From positions 448,001 through 512,000 of the forward strand of contig JBMNIH010000004.1 of the NCBI GenBank assembly GCA_050950825.1: a stretch of 64,000 nucleotides of DNA, written 5' to 3'. Shown in pieces: positions 29,876 to 38,034 of the stretch; within the stretch, counting starts at the first letter, position 1; each line of letters begins with the position of its first letter. The position numbers were made by a program, and so were the translations under genes. This DNA is from Clostridia bacterium (GTDB taxonomy: Bacteria; Bacillota; Clostridia; JAAYHZ01). A model generated the notes under the pieces. It worked only from the letters and a program-made list of their open reading frames with translations, did not search any database and was not told where the DNA came from.

Positions 29876-30931
29876 ATGTCCGACCCGAAATTAATATGCG
29901 GTATGAACTATATTCCTTATACGGAATTAAGAGTTCCGTCAACAAGGATCGCAAAAGCGAAGTTTCCCGTTTTTGAATCCCATGCCCATCTGGGCAAACT
30001 GGTTATCGGTGACAACTACGACACCTTATACGATATGGATACCTTGGTGGAAACCTTAAAGACCTTTGGCATTTACAAAGTGATCAATTTGGACGGCTTT
30101 TGGGGCGAAGAGCTAGACCGGATGCTCAAAAAAACCGAAAAATACAACGACGATTTTGTAGTTACCTTCGGGTCTGTCGATGTTTCCCGGTTGGACGAGC
30201 CTGCCTTCGAAAAAGAGGTGTACCGAACGCTGAAGGAATCGAAGGAAAAGGGAATCAAAGGAATCAAGCTTTGGAAGAATATCAGCTTGTATATGAGGGA
30301 TAAGAAGGGTAAAAAGATTCCTTTTGACGATCCGAGGTTGGATTGTATTTTCAAAGCTGCGGGCGAGCTGGGATTAATCGTATTGGCACATGTGGCCGAT
30401 CCGATCGCCTTTTTCAAGCCTATTGATATGTATAACGAACGGTATGACGAATTGCATGTTCGCCCCGATTGGAGCTTCTACGGGGAAGAATTCTTTGAGT
30501 TCAACGAGCTGATGATTATGCAAGAAAACGTATTAAAGAACAACCCGAATACGACGTTTATCATTGCCCACGGAGGATCCTGCTCCGAGGATTTAGGATA
30601 TGTAGGACGCTGCTTGGACAAGTATCCGAATATGTATATCGACTTTGCCGAAAGGGTGTCGGAAATCGGAAGACAGCCCTATACTTCAAGGAAGTTTTTC
30701 ATGAAGTACCAAGATCGAATCGTGTTCGGAACCGATATGAATCCCTTTAATATCGACTACGAAGCCAATTTCAGATGCTTGGAGACTTTCGACGAATATT
30801 TTGACTATTCCAATAAACCGAAAGCTCCTCACGGAAACTGGAAGATCTACGGAATTGGCTTGGATGACGATGTTTTGGAAAAAGTTTATTGTAAAAACAT
30901 GGAAAGATTGTTGAAGGAGGTAGTAAAATGA
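29876..30931 (+). CDS. Amidohydrolase_2-family metallohydrolase
   Basis: ESHAH, GIKLWK, AHVADP, IAHGG and FGTD metal-binding motifs. Confidence 0.88.
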   Translation: MSDPKLICGMNYIPYTELRVPSTRIAKAKFPVFESHAHLGKLVIGDNYDTLYDMDTLVETLKTFGIYKVINLDGFWGEELDRMLKKTEKYNDDFVVTFGSVDVSRLDEPAFEKEVYRTLKESKEKGIKGIKLWKNISLYMRDKKGKKIPFDDPRLDCIFKAAGELGLIVLAHVADPIAFFKPIDMYNERYDELHVRPDWSFYGEEFFEFNELMIMQENVLKNNPNTTFIIAHGGSCSEDLGYVGRCLDKYPNMYIDFAERVSEIGRQPYTSRKFFMKYQDRIVFGTDMNPFNIDYEANFRCLETFDEYFDYSNKPKAPHGNWKIYGIGLDDDVLEKVYCKNMERLLKEVVK

Positions 30932-32310
30932 GGAAACCGGTAGCCGGATTTATTGTTTACGGGGTGCACAAGGACGGACTGAAGGATCCTATGGGAACAC
31001 CCTTTATCGACGATAAAATCATCGCCGATTCCAAAAAAGCGTTGATCGACAGCGGTATCGTACTTAAGGAGCATGACGTGATTGTTGCTACCAAGGAAGA
31101 AGCAAAAGCGGCATTTTCCGTCATGAAGAAAGACGATGACATTGACCTGGTGATCCTTTTCTCCGGTACTTGGGTTTGGGCGGCCCACATGATTGCCGCA
31201 ATCCGTGACTTCGCGGGAACGGGTAAAGGCATCCTGATTTGGACTCATCCGGGCTCCCAAGGCTGGCGTCCCGTAGGAGGACTGGTATTACACGGTGCCC
31301 TGATGGAAATCGGGTTGGTGCATAAATTTGTATACGGATCCGCCCAAGATCCGAAAGAGGTTGCCAAGATCACATCCTTTGCCAAGGCGTGCATGCTGAA
31401 AAACAAGCTGAACATGTCCACCATCGGTGCTTTTGGCGGCCGCGGAATGGGGCAGACTTGCGGTGTAGCGGATCCTTCCCAGTGGATGAAGACGTTCGGT
31501 GTGGACATCGATTCCCGAGATACCACCGCTTTGCTCAAAACCGCACAGGCGGTAACGGAGGAAGAAATCAAAGAAGTGGAAGAAAGGTTAAAGACCTTGT
31601 TCCGGACGGTTCCCGAGAGAAATGCTGCTGCCGAACGCTCTATCCGATTGTATATCGCAATCAAGAAAATGTTAAAGAAAGAAAAATGGGATTTCTATAC
31701 CATACAATCCTTCCCGGGATTGGGAGACGATTATTCGGCTACTTGCTTTGCCCAAAGCATGATGTTGGAAGATCGCGTTCCCACATCCACGTTGTCCGAC
31801 TTTAATACCGCCATGACGGTTTATCTTTTGTCCAACCTAAGCAATGAACCTGTGTACTACGGCGATTTGCAGCACATTGACAAATCCAATAACGAGATTA
31901 AGATTATCGGCGACGGAGCGATTCCTCCTTCACTGGCTTGTGAGGTGGGACCTGCCGGTTTTGCCGAGCACGGTATCCCTACCGAAGGAGAAGCCGGCGG
32001 ATTATCCATTCAATGCGTATGCAAAGCGGGTAGGGGAGTTCTTGCTCGTTTCGGACGCAACAACGGACAATTCGAATTGACGGTTGCCAAATGCACCGTC
32101 AAAGAACCGGACAAATCCGAAATTGAAAAAAGACGTTTGGAGTGCGGCATTCCTTTCTGGCCTCATGCCTTTGTTACCGTTGACGGCGACATCGATGCAC
32201 TGATCCAAAATTGGACCAACGAGTATGCCGTGTTAGGTTACGGTGAAGAAATCTACGATATACTGGCGGATTTCTGTATGATTACCGGTGTGAAAGCCAT
32301 TATGCTCTAA
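30928..32310 (+). CDS. L-fucose/L-arabinose isomerase-family protein
   Basis: FSGTW, IGAFGGRGMG, TLSD, YYGD and C-terminal WPHAF..W.NEY patterns; sugar operon context. Confidence 0.7.
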   Translation: MRKPVAGFIVYGVHKDGLKDPMGTPFIDDKIIADSKKALIDSGIVLKEHDVIVATKEEAKAAFSVMKKDDDIDLVILFSGTWVWAAHMIAAIRDFAGTGKGILIWTHPGSQGWRPVGGLVLHGALMEIGLVHKFVYGSAQDPKEVAKITSFAKACMLKNKLNMSTIGAFGGRGMGQTCGVADPSQWMKTFGVDIDSRDTTALLKTAQAVTEEEIKEVEERLKTLFRTVPERNAAAERSIRLYIAIKKMLKKEKWDFYTIQSFPGLGDDYSATCFAQSMMLEDRVPTSTLSDFNTAMTVYLLSNLSNEPVYYGDLQHIDKSNNEIKIIGDGAIPPSLACEVGPAGFAEHGIPTEGEAGGLSIQCVCKAGRGVLARFGRNNGQFELTVAKCTVKEPDKSEIEKRRLECGIPFWPHAFVTVDGDIDALIQNWTNEYAVLGYGEEIYDILADFCMITGVKAIML

Positions 32311-32354
32311 ACCGAAGGATACATTTCGATTCATTTTCCAAAGTAGAATACAAG

Positions 32355-32387
32355 AAAAAGCCGTTTTCACAAAAAAGCGGCTTTTTT
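32355..32387 (+). terminator. Intrinsic terminator
   Basis: aaaaagccg...cggcttttt stem with T-run. Confidence 0.7.
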
Positions 32388-32518
32388 AATTTTTTAATAT
32401 AATTCTGATAAAAAATGATTTAATAAAGAAAAAAGTTCATAAAATTTTACTAAAAGGCGGGATAAATCCATGGTAAACTATTCAAGTGTGCTTAAAAACT
32501 TAGGAACATTTTCAATCT

Positions 32519-32538
32519 TTCGACATTCACCGGTCGAA
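32519..32538. promoter_or_regulatory. Putative Spo0A boxes upstream of abrB
   Basis: TTCGACA (reverse complement TGTCGAA, consensus TGNCGAA) plus a one-mismatch GGTCGAA. Confidence 0.45.
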
Positions 32539-32618
32539 GGATGAATTTCATAAAAAACTATGTTTTTACGAGTAAATTGATAAATTATTAAATTTGTATT
32601 AAATTAACAAAGAATAAC

Positions 32619-32646
32619 TTGCATTTTTTTTATTTTCGAGTATAAT
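32619..32646 (+). promoter_or_regulatory. SigA-type promoter of abrB
   Basis: TTGCAT-16 nt-TATAAT. Confidence 0.6.
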
Positions 32647-32792
32647 AATCATTAACTGTTAACTTTAGAAAGAGTCAGACGTTTTATACCATATAGGATA
32701 ATTGCTGCATAGTATGACTTCTATTTGTGGATAGACGGATACTGATTCGATATATAAATAAAAAATAATTTTAGAAGGGATGGATTGTTATC

Positions 32793-33041
32793 ATGAAAGC
32801 AACCGGGATTGTTAGAAAAGTTGATGAGCTGGGTAGAGTCGTATTACCCATGGAGTTAAGAAAGACCTTTGACATTAAGATCAAAGACGCTATGGAAATT
32901 TATGTAGATGATGAGGCTATTATTCTTAAGAAGTATGAGCCTGCCTGCATTTTCTGTGGCAATGCGCAAAACATCGTTAATTACTCCGGAAAAAACATAT
33001 GCAAAGAATGTGTTGCTAAATTGGCCGATTCCATTAAGTAA
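32793..33041 (+). CDS. abrB: AbrB-family transition-state regulator
   Basis: MKATGIVRKVDELGRVVLP.ELR...LKKY; C-terminal CIFC/CKEC. Confidence 0.95.
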   Translation: MKATGIVRKVDELGRVVLPMELRKTFDIKIKDAMEIYVDDEAIILKKYEPACIFCGNAQNIVNYSGKNICKECVAKLADSIK

Positions 33042-33069
33042 ACATAATAAGTCAAGAATACATAAAGAT

Positions 33070-33099
33070 AAAAAGGATGTCCTCATCGGACATCCTTTT
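33070..33099. terminator. Bidirectional terminator
   Basis: aaaaggatgtcc-tcatc-ggacatcctttt between convergent genes. Confidence 0.85.
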
Positions 33100-33108
33100 A
33101 AAATGCTT

Positions 33109-33603
33109 TTATAACTGTTCTTCCAAAAGCCGCTGGCTTAGAGGATCCAGCGCCTTGTAGTTTTGTATCTCGTAACGGTTGTCATTGATATCGTTGACAA
33201 CGATATATCCGTTACCGTACGACTTAATATTCACATTCGGATCTTTCACATCGAAGGAGGTTGTTCCTTTATCGGTAACCACGGTCCAAGTGAATATGTG
33301 ATATTCTTCCTTGATACTGAGTATCCTCTTGATTTTAGGAATAACATAGTATCTGTCCAAGGCGGCGGCTAACGTTTGCTTGGACTCTTTGTTCAAATCC
33401 TTCATGTCGTCCAGAATAAACACTTCTTCTCCTTCATTGTCAATGAAGTTGATGTGTCTTGTTTTCCCCGTCAGCGGAAACAGTCTCCGAGGCTTTATAT
33501 TTTCAATTACCTTTCCTCCGGCACATTCCACTGTTACCGCGCCGTTTTTAACAGGTACGATATTCTTTACTTCAGTCGCTCTAATGTAATTTCCTAATGG
33601 CAT
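33109..33603 (-). CDS. DUF1854-family protein
   Basis: PRRLFPLT, RYYVIPKI, WTVVTDKG and DINDNRYEI motifs; coupled to an ABC transporter gene. Confidence 0.8.
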   Translation of the reverse strand: MPLGNYIRATEVKNIVPVKNGAVTVECAGGKVIENIKPRRLFPLTGKTRHINFIDNEGEEVFILDDMKDLNKESKQTLAAALDRYYVIPKIKRILSIKEEYHIFTWTVVTDKGTTSFDVKDPNVNIKSYGNGYIVVNDINDNRYEIQNYKALDPLSQRLLEEQL

Positions 33604-33619
33604 TTACATCCACCTCCCT

Positions 33620-35893
33620 TTATTGGTACCTAATAATATCGGAACCGAGATCGGTTTGCATTTGTACCAAGTCGTAATAACGACCTTTCTTCGACATCAA
33701 TTCTTCCTGTGTTCCGAATTCGACGATTTCGCCGTTTTCCAACACCAGAATCTTGTGAGCTTTTCTCAGTGTGGACAAACGATGCGCAATGATCAATGTG
33801 GTTCTGTTCTTGATCAAGCGATCGATGGCTTCCTGAATCAATTTTTCCGTTTCCGTATCCACCGCCGAAGTGGCTTCATCCAAAATCAATATCCTCGGAT
33901 TCTTGATGACCGCTCGGGCAATCGATACTCTTTGTTTTTCACCGCCGGATAAACCGGTTCCTCGTTCTCCTAATACCGTATCGTAGGCATCCGGGAACTT
34001 GATGATGAATTTGTGAGCATTGGCCACCTTCGCCGCATCAATGACCTCTTCGATGGTAGCGTCCGGTTTGCTGTATATAATGTTATTGGCGATGGTATCA
34101 CGGAAAAGCAAAGGCTCTTGCAGCACATAGCCAATGTTTTTTCTTAAAAAGTCGATATCGATGTCGGCGATATCGTGACCGTCGATTTTGATTCTGCCTT
34201 CCGTAGGCTCGTAAAATCTCAATATGAGATTAACCAATGTGGATTTACCGGAACCGGTAGATCCTACGATACCGATGGTTTCGCCCGGTTGAACCGTCAA
34301 CGAAATATTCTTAAGGATATTTTTCCCTTTTTCATAGGAAAAATTAACATTTTCAAATTCGATTTTTCCTTGCAGGTTTTCTATGTAATTACCTTTTCCT
34401 AAGTTCGGCTCCGGATCGGCATCTAAGATTTCGAATACCCGCTCGGCAGACGTGGAGGCTTGCTGCAGCTGGTCGTTGAAGTTCGCAAAGAACTGAACCG
34501 GTCCGTAGAACCTGCCTGCGTAGTTGATAAACGCAATCAAGCTACCGACGGATAAACGATCCGGCCGGGTGATAACCCAATAACCTCCCAGACCCCAAAT
34601 GAGTATGCTTCCGAGAACGACTAAAAACGTAATCAAAGGAGAGTAGATACTGGACTTAACCGCAGCGGTTAAATGCTCGTTTAATAGGTCTTCTCCTTGC
34701 TTCGTATATTTTTCGATAACTCGGTCCTCTCCGTTAAAGGCTTTGATAACGCGTATACCGGGTATGGAGTCTCCCAAGATGGCGTTCATTCGAGACATAC
34801 GCCGCCAAATCCTTCTGTACCGAGGTCTCATATGCTCCGCATAAATTTGGGAACCGAATATGACAATGGGAACCGGAATGATGGACAGCAGCGCCAACTG
34901 CCAATCCATATAAAACATGAATACCATGATCCCTATCAAGGTCAGCAACTGAATGATGACGCTTTGGGTCAAGGTGATCATAAAGGATTGCAAACGTTGC
35001 GTATCGTTACTGACACGAGACATAATGGAGCCCGTGCTCCTCTTGTCATAGTATTTCAAGGTCAGCTTCTGTACGCTTTCGAATGCCTTGGTTCTTAAGT
35101 TAAATATGATGGAGTTGGACAGCTTGCTCAGATAATATCCGCGAAAGCCGGAAAATATTCCGTCAAAAAGATAAATAAGAACGAGAGCCATAACGATTTT
35201 CCACAAATCATCCAAGCTCCTTGTGGCAATAACATCGTCAATCAATGTTTTTGTCAGCATGGGTGGAATCAAGGGAAGCGCCGTGACTATTATTGACAGG
35301 AATAATACGACAAAAGTCAGCTTTCTGTACGGCTTCACGTATTGCAGCAATCTTCTTACGACTTTTCGCTTGTCGATACACTTGGTACAGATGGCGTTTT
35401 TGCTTTCCAGTATTCGGCCGCATTTAGGGCATCGATACTTCTTTTCGATTTCATTATCGGTTTCAAAGCTTGCCAGTTCTTCCAATCGTCCTTGCTGCTC
35501 GTAAATGAGCTTAATAAAGTCATAAAAAAAGTCTTCCCTGGCGTTCGTAAAACGATTGACATCGATGGTTTCGTCGTTGTCCAGAACGACCTGGAAAATA
35601 CTATTTCCGTACATTTTTTCTATTGTCGCGTTTCTTATTTCGTTGAGATTGACCTTATAGACGGATCCATGGTGTTTTGGATCGAATGAAATCAGTCTTT
35701 TATTGGTAAGAACCAGACCCGCTTCCTCGAATAAACCGTCTAAAGTCATATCCGACATCACTTCGTTTAATATTTCTTCATCCGGTTCCAGTATTCCCGA
35801 TAAGCGAGATTTTAAATGGCTTGTAAATTCTTTCACGCTTAGATTTACATGTTGTGCTTCTGCATCATTTTCTCTCTTCATAATCCTCAACAT
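33620..35893 (-). CDS. ABC transporter permease/ATPase (MsbA-type) with N-terminal extension and zinc ribbon
   Basis: TM domain, GSTGSGKST, LSGGEKQR, ILDEATS and IAHRLST motifs; CPKC..CTKC. Confidence 0.93.
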   Translation of the reverse strand: MLRIMKRENDAEAQHVNLSVKEFTSHLKSRLSGILEPDEEILNEVMSDMTLDGLFEEAGLVLTNKRLISFDPKHHGSVYKVNLNEIRNATIEKMYGNSIFQVVLDNDETIDVNRFTNAREDFFYDFIKLIYEQQGRLEELASFETDNEIEKKYRCPKCGRILESKNAICTKCIDKRKVVRRLLQYVKPYRKLTFVVLFLSIIVTALPLIPPMLTKTLIDDVIATRSLDDLWKIVMALVLIYLFDGIFSGFRGYYLSKLSNSIIFNLRTKAFESVQKLTLKYYDKRSTGSIMSRVSNDTQRLQSFMITLTQSVIIQLLTLIGIMVFMFYMDWQLALLSIIPVPIVIFGSQIYAEHMRPRYRRIWRRMSRMNAILGDSIPGIRVIKAFNGEDRVIEKYTKQGEDLLNEHLTAAVKSSIYSPLITFLVVLGSILIWGLGGYWVITRPDRLSVGSLIAFINYAGRFYGPVQFFANFNDQLQQASTSAERVFEILDADPEPNLGKGNYIENLQGKIEFENVNFSYEKGKNILKNISLTVQPGETIGIVGSTGSGKSTLVNLILRFYEPTEGRIKIDGHDIADIDIDFLRKNIGYVLQEPLLFRDTIANNIIYSKPDATIEEVIDAAKVANAHKFIIKFPDAYDTVLGERGTGLSGGEKQRVSIARAVIKNPRILILDEATSAVDTETEKLIQEAIDRLIKNRTTLIIAHRLSTLRKAHKILVLENGEIVEFGTQEELMSKKGRYYDLVQMQTDLGSDIIRYQ

Positions 35894-36396
35894 GCGAAGC
35901 TTCGCATGCTGATAAACCTCACATCCTTTCTCGGCAATTCGCTAAGGAAATTGCTTTTGGTAGCGGTATATAGTCGGGATGAAATTCCCGAATCCCCCTA
36001 ACAATGAAAACTTACCTCCATTTGAACATACTTCACTCGTATTATATGGGTGATAAAATAATTAGTCAATTTTGGGATACCGATTATACCCATATTTTCG
36101 ATAATAATCGTTTAAAAATGAAAGATTATCTCATGATTCTTTCAAATAAGTCCATATATCTTAAACTATCTCCGATATTCTGAAAACCGGTACTCGTAAC
36201 GTATTTTGGTAAGGAAAAAAGGTGCGAAAATCCTGATAATCACTGTGTTTTGACGCTTCGTTAATTATACGTTAAGTTTTTTAATCCTTGGTTAAATCGG
36301 TTCGTTTTAATATCCGTGTATCGGTTCGGTATCTTTACTATGGGATATGATATAATATGGATAATTGCAGTATTTAAAAGAAAGGTAAGACCGCCT

Positions 36397-37818
36397 ATGT
36401 TATCAAAGGATTCAAAAAAGATGGAAAATGATTCGCCTGTCATACAGGATGTTTACAAAGAAATCGATAAGTATCAAGAGCGGATGGTCGCCGATATCTC
36501 TCGCCTGGTTCGGTGCAAAAGCGTTGCGGAGACGCCGAAGCCCGGAATGCCTTTCGGAGAAGGCCCGTACAAAGCCCTGCAAATGGCCTTGGAGATAAGC
36601 CGTGAGCTGGGGTTAAAAACCGTTGACTTGGACGGTTATGTAGGTTATGCGGAATACGGAGAAGGAGAGGAGTACGTGGCCGTTCCCGTCCATTTGGACG
36701 TGGTACCGGAAGGAACGGGATGGTCCGTAGACCCCTACGAAGGTGTGATCAAGGACGGAAAGCTGTACGGTAGAGGCTCTTCCGATAATAAGGGGCCGTC
36801 CGTTGCCGCCATTTACGCTTTAAAGGTTTTGAAGGATTTAAATGTTCAAACAAAAAGAAGGGTGAGAGTCATTTTCGGTACCAACGAAGAATCCGGTATG
36901 GCTTGCTTGGATTATTACTTCCAAAAAGAACCTCTTCCGTTGTACGGATTCTCGCCGGATGCGGAATACCCTGCCTATAACAGGGAAAAGGGGATTATGA
37001 GCGTATTTTTAAAGAAGAAGACCGAGGAGCTTACGCGATTTACTCCTATTGTTTCCATCACCGCCGGCAGTGCGATTAACGTTGTACCGGAATCTTGTAC
37101 GGTAACGCTGAAAGAAACTTGGAACGATTCCTTGGAAATCTTAAAAGACATATCCGAAGGAAAACCGGGAAATGTGTATTTTATAAACGAAAAACCGGGA
37201 AAAGTGATTGCGGCGAGAGGTACGCCTGCACACGGCAGCAGACCGGAGGAAGGGTTAAATGCGGTGGCCGTTATGCTTCAATATCTTTTCGAGAAGCTTC
37301 CCTCTCTAAATGAGTGCGAATTTTTACAATATATTAAAGAAAATATCGGGTTTGAAACCGACGGAACGTCGTTAGGAATTGCCATGGAGGACGGCTTGTC
37401 CGGTAAACTGACCAATAACTTGGGCTTGTTTCGTATGACGGAAAAGGAAGCTTCGGCGGGCTTGAATATTCGTTATCCGGTAACCTGTAAAGGCGAGGAT
37501 GTACTGAAAGGTTTGAAGGCTTCCGCGAGAGTAAAGAATATTGACGTTGTGATGGAAAGCGATTCGCCGCCTCTTTATGTTCCGGAGGATCATCCCTTGA
37601 TTCAAAAACTTATGACGGCATACGAAACAGTAACGGGTGAAAAAGGCGAGCTGCGATCCATGGGCGGCGGTACCTATGCAAGAAAGCTTCAAAACAGAGG
37701 AATCGCTTTCGGAGGAACCGGGCATAACGTACACCAAGCGGACGAGCACATTGTCATTGAGGAGCTCATGAGGCATGCCCGTATTTGTACCCAAGCCATT
37801 TATGAACTGGTAATTTAG
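36397..37818 (+). CDS. pepV: M20-family dipeptidase PepV/Sapep
   Basis: HLDVVP, GRGSSDNKGP, GTNEES, SPDAEYP..N.EKG, GGGTYAR and HQADE motifs. Confidence 0.9.
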   Translation: MLSKDSKKMENDSPVIQDVYKEIDKYQERMVADISRLVRCKSVAETPKPGMPFGEGPYKALQMALEISRELGLKTVDLDGYVGYAEYGEGEEYVAVPVHLDVVPEGTGWSVDPYEGVIKDGKLYGRGSSDNKGPSVAAIYALKVLKDLNVQTKRRVRVIFGTNEESGMACLDYYFQKEPLPLYGFSPDAEYPAYNREKGIMSVFLKKKTEELTRFTPIVSITAGSAINVVPESCTVTLKETWNDSLEILKDISEGKPGNVYFINEKPGKVIAARGTPAHGSRPEEGLNAVAVMLQYLFEKLPSLNECEFLQYIKENIGFETDGTSLGIAMEDGLSGKLTNNLGLFRMTEKEASAGLNIRYPVTCKGEDVLKGLKASARVKNIDVVMESDSPPLYVPEDHPLIQKLMTAYETVTGEKGELRSMGGGTYARKLQNRGIAFGGTGHNVHQADEHIVIEELMRHARICTQAIYELVI

Positions 37819-37831
37819 AAGGTGAAATGAT

Positions 37832-37870
37832 AAAAAGAAAAGTACGACCGACGGATCGTACTTTTCTTTT
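37832..37870. terminator. Bidirectional terminator between pepV and tRNA-Val
   Basis: aaaagaaaagtacga...tcgtacttttctttt. Confidence 0.85.
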
Positions 37871-37946
37871 GGTGGGGGATATCGGACTCGAACCGATGAC
37901 CTCTTGCGTGTCGAGCAAGCGCTCTAACCGGCTGGGCTAACCCCCC
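37870..37946 (-). tRNA. tRNA-Val(GAC)
   Basis: Cloverleaf with cttgc-tcGACac-gcaag anticodon arm, TTCGAGT T loop, A73 and CCA. Confidence 0.92.
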
Positions 37947-38034
37947 GCGCTCCTTTTGTATTTTAAACTGTAAGCTTTTAAAAGTCAACAGCTTTTTTCA
38001 ATCGAGACATATTTCCGAGGACGGAGGATAGCAA

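Noticed and set aside
35942-35944. Pyrrolysine read-through of the in-frame TAG
   Set aside because: No pyl genes in the window and no other in-frame amber candidates noticed.
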